Source of the DNA: Nitrospirales bacterium
GTDB lineage: Bacteria; Nitrospirota; Nitrospiria; Nitrospirales; UBA8639
Direction: 5' to 3'
NCBI GenBank assembly: GCA_965203295.1
Contig: CBDBCZ010000018.1
Location: 2,624,001-2,688,000, forward strand
Length of the DNA: 64,000 bases
Shown: piece by piece, positions 1-13,322 of the stretch
Layout of the letters: every line of letters begins with the position of its first letter
Position numbering within the stretch: the stretch's first letter is position 1
Program-made: the position numbers and the translations under genes
Notes under the pieces: generated by a model
Told to the model about the DNA's origin: nothing
The model's input: only the letters and a program-made list of their open reading frames with translations
Database searches by the model: none

Positions 1-1422
1 ATACTACCCAAGCTATATATATTATGTGATTTTCACAGCAATATTACTACAGTAACAATATTGTTTTAAATTAGCAATCCAAAGTATATACCTAATTATA
101 CCTAATTATAATAAAATCTTCATGAGATATACTGAAGTTGTAGCGTGTGCCTCCAGGTACAAATCTCCTAGTCAATTGCAAATTTTGGCCTCAGGGTCAG
201 TAAGACACTTCTCACCCCAAACCTTGTATTGTATTGATAATAAGTACTCTGAGTGCATAATTTTTTTACTGCATGCATGGGCCTATACTGGCATTTAAAA
301 AAAAAAGCCTTGCTAACTTGTGTGCATGGGAATGCAGCTTCCCCAAGGAGTCTCTGTAAACCTTTCCCATGGGAATTGAATTACATCAAAGCTCTAGCAT
401 GATTTACAGCTTGGCTTTGCAGACAATCTTGCAAACCTCAAACCTCAAAGCCCTACAGATTCTTCGGATTGCTAAGCAATCACATGCTGTAAGTACTGTA
501 AAAGAAGCAGCCATGTCACTGGTGGGGCCACTACATACCCCAAAACCCATGGTGTGGGTGACTATTAATAATTACCATTATCCCTTGTGCATTCACATGC
601 AGGGCCACATTAATTAATTAGTTCACTGTAACAAAATGTAGCATCCGGGGGGGGGGGGGGGGGGGGGGGGGGGGTAATAGCTCCAAAGAGAACCATACGA
701 CATATGAATATCGGGCTTGCACCGTTGCGTTGCTAAGTGTCTGTACTTTCCAACGATATCCAAATCCTAGCGTTTGGAGAGTGTTTTGGCGTCCTTACAC
801 CGAAAAAAGACAAAATCCACTGTCCGATTATAGAGAGGGTGACACGGCTCTACATTCAATAACACCCCTCCGTGCTCAAAGCAGCTACGATGGCGAAAAC
901 TTGGCGTGCAGCAGTACGGTAGTGGGGCCTCCCAATAATGAAGAAAGATCACCAAAAGTTGCTTCAGGGAGGAAACACGGAGCGGTGTCCGGCAATACAT
1001 ACTTTTGTCCGATCATAGCTGTGTCCGAATTTCAACTTTGGAAGGCTATAGCTCGAGAACCAAGACACGGAGAAACACCAAACTTTCAACCCGAAGTGTG
1101 CCCACTTCCAGTAATTTACGCGCTCGGCGCTAGCGCGTCGGAATATACCTGGTGGCCGATCATCAGTGGCTTACTCTACTTTTAAACTCCCAAATGCAAT
1201 CTTATCACAAACTGCTACTCCACTGTTCAGTCTTTAACTGCAATTCAAATCCAAAGCAATGTAGGGAAAGTCCATGTACTTTATACTACACTGACCCTGA
1301 GTATTCACTGGAACTCGGTAGAGAGCCTCTGTGGTTTTAATTGACACATGACATTATACATGCATAATATTCTTACATGGCATGGTATTCCTGTACTGTG
1401 ATGTGCTGGGATGTGCTAGTGC

Positions 1423-1692
1423 AGAGAATGTGCAGCAGATTACAATACAATCACACATCACTCTACGTATTTCACTGTATTTTCACAAAGGCTGCAAGAT
1501 GAGTGTGCAGAGGTGGAGAAAGAGAGGGAGTACTTTACCAAGCTAAGGGAAGAATTGCAGCCTGGAGATGGACATGAAGGTGGAGTGCATGGCGCAGACT
1601 CACAATACAAAATCAACTGACTAAACTAGAGCTGGGATATACGTATGGGTCAAAGAATTTGGGTCTAATTTTTTTTTTGTGGCCAGCATACC
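1423..1692 (+). pseudogene. Direct copy of 12003-12262, containing a kinesin-like coiled-coil exon (LQDECAEVEKEREYFTKLREEL)
   Basis: Near-identical to 12003-12262 by eye; acceptor ...ttcacaaag precedes the exon at ~1491. Confidence 0.7.
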
Positions 1693-3325
1693 TGATTGTA
1701 TGGCAATCTGCTGCACATTCTCTATTATACTACGATACGTAACTTTAAGTGCTACTGATTATTAATGGAGTTGTTGTAGGTGTCTACCATATAACTCTTG
1801 CACACGCAATTAATGACAACTTATCAATCTTTCAATTGCTATAGGGTATGTACATAGCAAGTGGTGGAGTTGAACCTTTACAAAGATTTGCAGTGGACAG
1901 CTTTATAATGTTAATGTCAGACAGGGTAAGAACAATCTCAGGCCTTGCGAAATATATATCATCCCAGATTTGGTAGGTATTGGGGTCAAAGTACAAACCT
2001 AACTTATTCTTCTCAGCTTCCAATTCAGCAAGCCTGCACTCTAACTGGGACTCAGATTCATGTCTAATCCGGTTTTTTGCCTAGTAGCAACAAAGGAAAG
2101 GAAAATAAGTTCAAATATTTGCACTGTAATATAACGATCATTGACAAGTCTCACCATTTGGACAGCTTTTTGGAACACTTCAGACTCACTAATGTCTCTA
2201 CTGCCACCTTAAAGAAGCTGAAAATCAAAAAGACAATTGCTACATTATTGTGCATCCAAACTACATGGGTAAGAGTTGACTCAATTAGTCTACCAGGCTA
2301 TAAAATGGTTCGTGAAAACTCTGCAGTTGGTTGCTGGTAGTATACGTATACATCTAACATGATCAGCTGTAATCTAGCAAAAACATGCATATGTACATAT
2401 CACACATACGTATGTTACTTCTCTACATACATCATTCACAAATGGCTTTTACATACCACTCTTTCCAGGTCTGCTATCTTGCCATACAAGGCATCTCTCT
2501 CAGCTTGAGCTTGACTCATTAGCTGTTGGTGGGTCTCCAGAACTGCTGCCTATGAAGGAGAAGTATTGGGAGAATCGTTTACACAGCAGTAGATTCAACA
2601 CGGCAGACTTGTCTCAATTGCACCCTTCTCATTTTTTCCTTTTGAGCTTCCTCCCTTTCTCTTACAAGCCTCTCAATTTCTTCATGACCCAAAATAATAT
2701 CCCTAGAGCAGCAGTATGTAGATGTGGGCTGTATCTCAATTATCGCAAATAGCTAATATGTTTGTACACGTGTTCTAGCTGTTGAGGTGGGTAATATCCT
2801 ATTAATATATAGTATGAACCTGTGTTCAAGCTGTTGCTTCAACTTTGTGATCTCTTGCTGATAGGCTGACAGCAGTGCTTTCTGTGACATGTCCTTGTTG
2901 ATCTGCACAGTGTTCTTGATACTTTTTGCCCTGAGTATTCAAATGTGGATATAGAAAGAGAATACTGCTAAGAAAGAACTGATAAGAAGATAATCAACTG
3001 TTTTAATAAGTGTAAAGACAAACCAATCTGAAGAAAACAAAATTAGCCAGTGACTCTGAACACAACACTAGGTGTGCTAGTAGTGATGGCTGCCAGCAGA
3101 TACGCATACAACTCAACTGTTACTAGTATGAAATATGTATGTGAACAGACTGCTACGTATTTGCATGTAACATTAATTGGAGGATAATAATAGCATGCTT
3201 CCCTTACACCAGAGTAAATTCTCATGCTACATTTTCATTGTGGGTGTAATTACGTGCAAATAAGTACTGGATACTGGTATATTATACGTATGTACATGCG
3301 TACCTCTGTTTTTCCAAATCTTATA
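1693..3325 (-). pseudogene. Inverted copy of ~10396-12033, containing kinesin neck-linker/coiled-coil exons and their introns
   Basis: Reverse complement matches 10396-12033 (ORF pairs 2077+/11429- and 3043-/10494+ are near-identical); minus strand encodes RAKSIKNTVQINKD. Confidence 0.75.
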
Positions 3326-6300
3326 CTGGGTTATTGCTGCATACATAATTCATTGCACTTATGTTTTGTACATGTACAGTACCATTTGGCAAATTTGAGT
3401 GTATTGAGTGATTCTGCATACTTACTAGAGACATGCTAGCTGCACTGTTGTTCACACAAAACCTATCATACGTACACATGTGTGTATGTATGTGAACGTG
3501 CTAGTGTAATACAACTTCTGGCCAGTTAGCAGCCTAACAGATGCTGTCCATGGAAGTGTAAGGTATTAATAGTATTTCCACTTACTTAGTAAACCATAAA
3601 CATAATGCAATGTATAATTAGGAACAGTTAATATGTATACTGTAACCTATCCAACTATATTGTAGACTTCAGATCCGCATATACATACATAGCTCTTTCT
3701 TAGGTGTTGCTACAAATTGCATGGCCTCTTTGACTAACCCTTCAGGGTGTAAGACACGAAGATAGTGCACTGAGCAGCTGGATAAGAAATGCACGCAACA
3801 GCCAATAAAGTACCATGCACCCATTTGAATGTGATGTGCATTGAAAACTGCCAAGTTGATAGCCTGGGTGCACATATTGTAGCCATATGTACTTTCTTGT
3901 CGTTTATAAATATCACTACTAACAGTCCACATGAACAGAGAGCAGAACTGTAGCCATGGGAAGGAAGGACAAACTACGTACATGTATATGGAGCTGACAT
4001 ATACCTGTACATTTAGCAAAAGTGACATACTGTTCATGCAAGTAATGGCTGCCAAGTGGAGGCAGTGTACACTACAACATTCCCAAGTCATTACATTTGG
4101 CTGATCTACTGCTGTTCATACATGTACACAGGCTTTGATTACTCTGCTCCTGGAAGCCACACTGTATGTACTGTATTGACTGGCAGACAATACAAAGAAA
4201 TAATGGGATCAACACAAGAGGGTAATTAATACAGGGTTGAATGCTTTGATACCGTTATAAATCCCTTTCTTCCTTAAATTTTGTTTTGATTGTGCTTTCA
4301 ATTATACGTAAATGGTAGTGTCAGCAATTAATTTGTTTTGGAGTAGGAAGATAATGATCCATTCTTTGAAGCAAGTCAGACTCACTGTTTATCCCCCATG
4401 ACTGAAAATCCTGTACACATAGGTATATATCATGCATTCCTACTTCAGGCCCAGCATCATCCACGTGGACAATTAATTGCAAAATAATTTACAAGCTCAA
4501 TCAGCATTATCTCAAATTATGAAGAGTAGGCTTGAGATAAATGCTATTCTCCAATTCTTTGATTTTTATTTCAAATTATTTCTCAAATAACAGCTTTTGC
4601 TACACTGTAACAAAAATTATTAAGTGAGCATTCTAGGAAAGACAAGTATGATGACACTAATACACCGATCACTTGATCAGACGCTATTGATACTATCATA
4701 GAGTGCTAGCTAGCCACTCAACCAAAGAAAACTATTGCCAGTCCTCTTGCATTGCCGGCGGGAGGGCAGGGCTGGCCCACTCATCTTGGCACATGCCACC
4801 AATAAACGATGAGGTTTGCTACTACTCTAGAATCATGCTTTATGCTAATGTCTTGCTATTATTTTCAGCATAATTATTTCAAGCCTCTAATGATAAGAAC
4901 CTACATGTAAATCTAGCAAGCTGTATTGTAGAGTAAAAGGTGCTATTGAAAATTTAATATACCATTTGAAAGCCCTTTCTCTGCTCTACAAAGTGAGTGG
5001 CTAAAACATGTGTAAGCCAATCCATGGTGGAGGTATGCGTATGGATATACATGCATGTTTTGAACTTCAGGTTGAGCTCTCTTAAAAATCAGTTGTTCAA
5101 CTAATGACCTTTTTAGCCACTCACTTTGCACTTCTACTATTACTCTAAGTGCTTCCTAAGTGGGAAGTGGTTAGGACTAAGTGGCCATGCTTAATAATAT
5201 TTGCCCTTCAAACTGAGGTGGGGTCCATAACTTCACCTAGGGAGTAGGTATGCAAAATCTGAATATCTCAAAAGAAAGCCCATTCAATACACTGCATCAT
5301 GATAAAAACTCACCTGCATAGAGAAAGAAACAAAAAAGTTATGAGCAAATTATGTCGACCACCACAATATGGTTAAACAATCCCTTAACTACAAAGGGCT
5401 ACAATGCCGCATAGTTTCTTCATCAAGTGAAAGCACTATCACCCTGTAGAAACAGTTTAGTGACAATGAATATCCTGCATGACAACTACTTCAGTGGTGT
5501 AGCCTCACAAGGTGCTGTATATGCAAAGCAGTACTCAAAAGAGAATGAAGACTGTACTACACTACGTAGCTAGCATGTGTGTAGTTCACTGCTTCTGTGC
5601 AGTCGCTTATAATATATACTCATGTTGCGGCCATAACACTTACATCATTGACCACGCACCCACATACACAGGCGGAGCTTGCAAGACCTCCAGTCAGAGG
5701 ACAAGAGAAAGAGCAACCACATGTTTAATTAATCAACCAGTACCATCCTGATTGACATATAATTTATTCTTCCAGATTAATAATATTAACTCTTAACTAC
5801 AGTCACTAATGCTGAGCATGAACATTTGTTTGTGGGTGGATAGATAGAGGTACTGATTGCTAGAATACTACCAAGGTTCTCACCACTATCCCAGGGGCTT
5901 GGGAAGGTGTTTCGGGATACGGAGGCTGGCGCAAGAGTCTGCACAGCGGCAGAAAGTGTTTCCACACAGTGCAGAAAAAAAATTTGGGACTGATTTGGCA
6001 GCTACAAAGAAACAGCAGTGACACTGTGTGAGCGCCACGGAGCCGGGGTGAAAAAAGACTGACTATGCCTCTGGGCTACCATATCAATGCAAGAACACAA
6101 CAGTTGTACAGTGCAGACAGTTAACTGGGTTAGTAATTCTTCATTGGCACAATTTTTAGGTGGACACAGCAACCTGCTTCCTGCATTCAGCAGGGCTTCA
6201 GCCCCCGCTTCCTATGCCGGTGCATATGTGTGTATGCTACTCACAATGCTATCTACTACATGAAATAGCTACGTACAGTAAAGATTAGCATTGGTAATAG

Positions 6301-6829
6301 CACAGTTTACAGTACCTATAAAAATAGCACGAATATATTATGGACTATACATACTAACCATACAATAATGGACTAGTTATGGCTAGGTATCATCAATTAA
6401 TGCATGAAATTAAAATCACATTCCTGTGTTATGCAATACTTCATCAGCAACAATTCAATATCACAATACATAAGACATAAAAACATACCCAACAAGCTCC
6501 TTTAGTTCCTTCAATCGGTCAGTGTAGTTCATAACAGCTGTAAGATATGATAGATCACTTTATCTATTCTTTGGGCAACTTCTTAATACTACAGCCTTAT
6601 GATGTGTGTGTGTGTATACGTAGCATCGTTACCAGTCTCCACTCCCCACTTCTATGCACCTATAATAAATCTGTGTGGCTATACAACAGTAACAATAATA
6701 TCTCTGGAGCAAGCTTAGTCAGTTGCAAAAAAAGATAATGCTGCAGGAAAGTAGTAGCTACTACATAACTGCCAACACTAAGCTGACTCAAAAATGTAAA
6801 TAAATTGCACTGTGCATTCTTATTTTTAT

Positions 6830-6880
6830 AGGGCTAGGGTTAGGATAAGGGTTAGAGTTCGGTTTGGGGCTAGGGTTAGA
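6830..6880 (+). repeat. Degenerate TTAGGG-like tract
   Basis: gggctagggttaggataagggttagag...gctagggttag; a similar tract lies on the opposite strand at ~28195-28290. Confidence 0.5.
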
Positions 6881-7818
6881 TAGTGTTAGCACTGTGCAGT
6901 TCATAGATTTATACAATGGTAACAGATTATTTTTATGAAATAGCACTGATTCACAAAATGCGGCCAATACACGTACATGCCTATATATGTATGTAAATAT
7001 ACATACTAACCTGTACACATATACTCACTCGGACGTAATACGTATGCTGGATAATTAAATCGCAAGATACAACCTGGAGTGGAGCCGGTTTATCTAATAA
7101 TAAACTTGGTCATTGTACTATGAAGTACGAATACAGTAGTACGCACCATTCAGTAGATTCCACAATGATGGAAATTCCTACCTGTTCTGCAGTACGTGTA
7201 TTTCTTCACTCTGGGTCTCCATGTTATAGCAGCATGCCGTCTGCGTAGAACCTGCATTAATAGTGAGATTCACAATCAGTATTATACATATGGGCAAGTA
7301 CAGCTCTATGTTACGGTGAGCTGTATTGTAAAAGTGGAATTATGTACACCATTCTCCATATACTTGATCTGAAGTATAGGCCTAAAGAAATGTACATGAA
7401 ACCATCTATGATGAATCACACAATTCATGGTCAAGCAGATGCAATCCATTCCTATAATTGCACAGCTGTCGTGATGCCGCTTTAGTTTACCACTCCCACA
7501 AGCTGTTGTCCTGACATGCATACATACCCCGTCAGCTTGCGCACTACAGCGCTAGCTAGTAGTCTATAATGTGTTCAACCAGATACTTATGCCAGTATGC
7601 CACTCAAATAATCCCGGTCTCCTTCATTAAAAATGTGGCTTGGGGCTGGGAATATAGGATCTAAAAAAAACATAACCACATATCGACTCACGCAAAGACG
7701 CGAGGAGAGCACACTGCCTCTGGCATGGGACAAGTACGGTGTAGAGATGAACTGGGGGTGTGGCTGCCGATGTTGAGCCACACACACTCTAAGCTTTTAG
7801 CACGTGGTGCGGTGTCAG

Positions 7819-9689
7819 ATGGACCCCAGATCGAAGTTATTGACTTTCGAAGGCTGTACCTACTTTCGGCAGCGACTAGTACTATCTACACTCAGCTCTC
7901 GACCAGTGAGGATAGCTAGAGTACGAGGAGATGCAGATGAACCAGGACTAAGAGGTCTGAGTATATACACTGAAGGCAGTTTACCCACTAAATTTACTAC
8001 CCAAGGTTTCATACAACTGGGGGAAACTGTACGGGTGAGTGGGTGGGGGTAGTGAATAAATTGTCAAATTATAGTTGCCTAGAGGAATATTTTTTAATCA
8101 TCTGTGTCCAGTGATGTTGAAGAAATTATTCTAGGCTCAGGTCATTGTGGTGGTAGTCTTGCAGGCGAGACTCACTGAGCCTGAAGGTCGTTGCTTTAAT
8201 GTCTTGTGCAAGCCGTAATTTGCAAAAAGCTACTCTAATCTGCAGTACCTGCTCCGGCGATCATTTTGTGCAATTTTTGCAAAGCTTGCAGTTTGTATAC
8301 GTAATAGCATGGGTTGCTGTGCAATTTAGGATGAATTGCACAAGTAATGCAACCAGGAAGGAATCAATTGCACGAGGCAAAGCCGAGCGCTATTTACCTT
8401 CCTGGTTGCATTACGAGTGCAATTCGAAGTGAATAGTGCATTTGGAACAACATCTGAGTTGTAATAAATTTGGACAGGGTGTAACAGCAATCACACTTAT
8501 TTCGGAATACTTGATCAGTAGGTTCCTTGTTCATATATGAAGCCATCGAGATGGCAGGTTATGGCCTAGTGTACACTCCACTTTTGTGAGCTCTGCCAGC
8601 TGTTTAAGTAATCTGCCAAGAGAACGGTTTTTCAACACAAACACTATAGTCATCTTTGCTTCCGAACACTTTAGGACCGTTGCTTTAATATGCTAGGGAG
8701 CCTGTTGGTACTACATGTAGCTGCTAGTCAAATATGTGTAGCTTATACTCTGCACTGATGAGCTGATGTTTTCAGTATATAAGCCCACCATTTACACATG
8801 TAGTAAAGCTACATATAAAGAGCTTGCTCCTGTGGTTTTATTTGATCTACAGCGCTTGAAGCAGGACTTCTAGACAAACTCACAAATGGTTCCAGGTTTG
8901 AAGTCAATGAAACAGATAAGGTTGCTGGTATATAATAATTTTTGTGTGTTTGATCTGCTGTTATTATGGTCTCATGAACTTGCTAGAAGTAGCAATTGTA
9001 TTCCTTGTACCCAGCCCTCCCTGCATTTCTCACCTGCTATTTTTTTGATTGCAGGTGAAAAAGGCTTGGAGTACTGGGTGCGAGTTAATGTTTTCTGTTG
9101 CAATCAATTCAAATATCTACCTTATCTTGCTTATATATATGTTCATGAAGTCATTCTTACTGGGGTCACAAACATCTTCATACTGTAGGTAATAGTGTGT
9201 TCTACCATCCTGGATTACTAGTGGGAGGGAAATTGTAGTATGACTGCCGCTGTCAGCGATCGATTGGGTACCTCTTGGAGCCTCTGATGATGCTGGCTCC
9301 TTTTGCGAAATCTTCTGTTTGTGTCACACTTAGAGGTTAGGCTAACCAGTGGACCAGATGATCCATCAGTGAGTACATACATGCTGTACATGTTATACCT
9401 CCTCCTCAAACAGCTTGTAATTAAGTATAGTGTCGGGGTCCACACGAGGAACTGAGAGAAGCTATGAGTCCTCTGGTGTTACCAGAAAGTAACCTGAATC
9501 ACACTTGAGAGCCTGCATGTATGGCCAGCCTCTCTGCCCGGAATATACATGTGCCAAGGGCCTCTCATCAGTGGCACACACTTGATTTCTATACCTACGT
9601 ATACATGTATTTCACAGGTGGACTACTACCGGATGTGTGTCCTACCACTCTTGAAGAAAATCCTACCAGTTGGTGAAGTTGAGCTGAAG
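7819..9689 (+). pseudogene. RCL1: RCL1 (RNA 3'-terminal phosphate cyclase-like) 5' fragment. Exons 7819-7954, 8853-8915, 9189-9368, 9618-9689. Disabled and truncated
   Basis: Exons translate to MDPRSKLLTFEGCTYFRQRLVLSTLSSRPVRIARVRGDADEPGLR / LEAGLLDKLTNGSRFEVNET / GNSVFYHPGLLVGGKL*YDCRCQRSIGYLLEPLMMLAPFAK...DDPS / VDYYRMCVLPLLKK...ELK, matching the RCL1 N-terminal half. Lesions: in-frame TAG at 9236-9238, frameshift near 9335-9341, exon-2 donor reads AT instead of GT (8916). No downstream exons found. Confidence 0.88.
8333..8425 (+). repeat. Hairpin element with GA/GA mismatches (apex gcacGAggc-aaa-gccGAgcgc)
   Basis: Arms gaattgcac..gtaatgcaaccaggaagg / ccttcctggttgcattac..gtgcaattc. Confidence 0.8.
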
Positions 9690-10773
9690 GTACTACTTAC
9701 ATGTACATTAGATATTTATGACTATAGTGCATGTCCTGTGAGCTGTTTGGAAGATTGTGTATTATTGAACTACTTATGAAGTAGGTGTATATGGTGGGCA
9801 AGCAGAGATGCAGGTAATGAATCACTACTTGGGCATGCATGGTGCAATATAGAGTTTTCATTGACATCATCCGCATGTAGAAACTGTTACCAGGGCGTCA
9901 TTTTGGTGGGCAGTAAAAGTACATAGCCATACTCATAAACACCGGAAGTTACTCTCGTACTCGTAGTCTAGATGGCAGATCCACTCAATTTATCCCTCCT
10001 GAAACTTCCTCACAGCGATAGTGGAGATACTGAATGCGTAAGTTCCCAGCAGCTCTTGTTTCTGAGATCACTGTTTGACATGCCAATCTAGTCGTACTTT
10101 GAGCAAAAGTGGGCATAAACGGAACGTGACACGGATATACTTCTGGAGCATGTGTTCTGTGACGACACGTGAAAACTCTCTATTATGGCAGCAGTCGCAG
10201 CTGCATGCTCACTAAAAATGGATAATGATGTGAAAACCAAAATGTGAATAACTTTTCACTTTTAGTTTGAAGCCCGTTGGTCCAAAAGATCTCATCTTAG
10301 AATACATGTACATGTACGTGTATGTGTCATGCTACAAAGAAATTTAAGTACATGCCTATACTGAAAAAGAGCAGAATCCATAAGAAGCAGAAAGAATATA
10401 AGATTTTGAAGAACAGAGGTACGCATGTACATACGTATATACCAGTATCCAGTACTTATTTTTACGTAATTACACCCACAATGAAAAATTACCATGAGAA
10501 TTTATTCTGGTGTAAGGGAAGCATGCTATTATTATTCTCCAATTAATGTTACATGCAAATATGTAGCAGCCTGTTCACGTACATATTTCATACTAGGAAC
10601 AGTTGAGATGTATACATATCTGCTGACAGCCATCACTACTAGCTCACCTAGTGTTGCATTCAGAGTCAGTGGCTAAATCTGCATTCTTTACACTTATTAA
10701 AACAGTTGATTATGCTTCATATCAGTTCTTTCTTAGCTGTATTCTCTTTCTATATCCACACTTGAATACTCAG

Positions 10774-12170
10774 GGCAAAAAGTATCAAGAACACTGCGCA
10801 GATCAACAAGGACATGTCACAGAAAGCATTGCTGTCAGCCTATCAGCAAGAGATGACAAAGTTGAAGCAACAACCTGAACACAGGTTCATACTGTTAGTA
10901 CGATATTACCCACCTCAACAGCTAGAACACGTGTACAAACATACTAGCTATTTGCGATAATTGAGATACAGCTTACATCTACATATTGCTTCTATAGGGA
11001 GAATACTTTGGGTCATGAAGAAATTGAGAGGCTTGTAAGAGAAAGGGAGGAAGCTCAAAAGGAAAAAAATGAGAAGGGTGGAATTGAGACAAGTCTGCCG
11101 TGCTGATTCTACTGCTGTTGAAACGATTCTCCCAATACCTCTCCTTCATAGGCAGCAGTTCTGGAGGCCCACCAACAGCTAATGAGTCAAGCTCAAGCTG
11201 AGAGAGATGCCTTGTATGGCAAGATAGCAGACCTGGAAAAAGTGGTATGTAAAAGCCATTTGTGAATGATGTATGTAGAGAAGTAACATACGTATGTGTG
11301 ATATGTACATATGCATGTTTTTGCTAGATTACAGCTGATCATGTTAGATGTATACGTATACTACCAGCAACCAACTGCAGAGTTTTCACGAACCATTTAC
11401 TAGCCTGGTAGACTAATTGAGTCAACTCTTACCCATGCAGTTTGGATACAGAATAATATAGCAATTGTCTTCTTAAAATTTCAGCTTCTTCATGGTGGCA
11501 GCTAGTAGAGACATTAGTGAGTCTGAAGTGTTCCAAAAAGCTGTCCAAATGGTGAGACTTGTAAATGATTATATTACATTTGAACTTATTTCCCTTTCCT
11601 TTGCTGCTACTAGGCAAAAGATCGGATTAGACATGAATCTGAATCTGAGTCACAGTTAGAGCGCAGTCTTGCTGAATTGGAAGCTGAAAAGAAAGGTTAT
11701 CTTACATTGTACTGTTACCCAAATACCTTGCAAATCTGTACATACAGGGGATGATAGTATTTCGCAGGGCCTGAGATTGTTCTTGACATTAACATTATAA
11801 AGCTGTCCACTGCAAATCTTTGTAAAGGTTCAACCCCACCACTTGCTATGTACATACATAGCACATGAAAGATTGATATAATCATGAGTTGTCATTAATT
11901 GCACATGCACTAAACTAGTCTATCCCAAGAATTATATGATAAACACCTACAACAACTCCATTAATAACCAGTAGCACTTAAATTTATGTATCGTAGTATA
12001 ATAGAGAATGTGGAGCAGATTACAATACAATCACACATCACTCTACATATTTCACTGTACATTCACAAAGGCTGCAAGATGAGTGTGGAGAGGTGGAGAA
12101 AGAGAGGGAGTACTTTACCAAGCTAAGGGAAGAATTGCGGCCTGGAGATGGACAGAAGGTGGAGTGCATG
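10774..12170 (+). pseudogene. Kinesin fragment: end of motor, neck linker and coiled-coil exons, without the motor core
   Basis: Exon 10774-10884 reads RAKSIKNTAQINKDMSQKALLSAYQQEMTKLKQQ (kinesin RAKxIKN..IN neck motif). Further AG/GT-bounded coiled-coil exons follow (ENTLGHEEIERLVREREEAQKEK; AAVLEAHQQLMSQAQAERDALYGKIADLEKV; AKDRIRHES...LAELEAEK; LQDECGEVEKERE). Confidence 0.75.
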
Positions 12171-12984
12171 GTGCAGACTCACAATACTAAATCAACTGAC
12201 TAAACTAGAGCTGGCATGGGCCAAAGAAATTGGGTACAATTTTTTTTTGCGGCCAGCATACCCAGGTGAAAAAAGACTTTTACCACAATAAATCTTATAG
12301 TAAAGGAAAAACATATGGAGGGATGGAAAAAGACCATTTCGACCAACTATTAAGTTAATAACAGCACAGTTCTTAGCTAATCATATGTACAGATGATAAA
12401 TAAACGGTAACCTTTTGCTCATACTAAAATCACAAACCTTACAATTTGAGTCCAGCTCTTGGCTTTAACTCCGCAGATCCAAGCCCTTCTCAGGTAGCAC
12501 AAGCCCTCAACAAGTACAGATAGAACTACCATGAACTATGGAAATTTTTGGTCAGCTTTGCCAGCAGCTGTGATATTGCTACCAGCTGTACTACTGTAAA
12601 GCTCCCGCTGCAGCACTCTGGTAACCAATCACAGCCTAACCAACATGGCTAGCACCAGCGCTGGAACGACTACAATGCCTAACATGGGAACACACCATTC
12701 ATTGCATTCAAATGATAGAAAATACAATGATACCGGTATATATTGTCAAAGTATGATAGCATTATCTGTATACATGTACCGTCATAACTACTGTTGCATT
12801 GTATGTGTAGGCACATACTCAGACTGTATGTGCATACATATACGTACGTAATATACCCTCTACTTCAAGGATTCTGCAAAGTTAAACAGTGTAATAGTAA
12901 GTATCCTAATCAGCCAATTCACGACATTCAACATTGGGGTTTACAGGAACACCTACGTTCTTTTCTCTTAATTTCACTGTGCAT

Positions 12985-13322
12985 ATCAATACTGTGTTTC
13001 CGCAAATAGACGCTGCCCTTCATTAGTAGCCACCGCTATTTTGCCTTCATAAGGTAGCGATCCAGCTCTGAAGACTGTGTGATTGAATATGATCTGAACA
13101 TCTAGCTGTTTTGGAAGTACGTACATGCTCTTCCAGTTCCTCTATATTCAAGTCTCCCTTCCATGTTTTTTTTTGTCTGAAACAGAGACTGCAGGGAGTG
13201 GACACTGCATCTGTGCCAAAATGTCTCATCTGTTGTTATGTTAACTACAATTGTACTTCAGAATGTAGGCATGTCTGTACTGTTGCTGGGTTTCTGTCTC
13301 ACAGATCTTCATGTCCCTCTTC
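12985..13322 (-). pseudogene. Three phase-compatible 3' exons of an unidentified gene (EEGHEDLQKKTWKGDLNIEELEEHIIFNHTVFRAGSLPYEGKIAVATNEGQRLFAETQY*)
   Basis: AG/GT boundaries with consistent phases; the last intron is only ~31 nt (13094-13124), suggesting decay. Confidence 0.4.

Noticed and set aside
730..1185. 151-aa ORF
   Set aside because: Non-ATG start, no recognisable motif, and lies in CpG-rich repeat-like DNA.
9689..10774. In-frame RCL1-kinesin fusion protein
   Set aside because: RCL1 exon 4 ends in phase 0 while the kinesin exon starts in phase 2, and RCL1 already has upstream stops.
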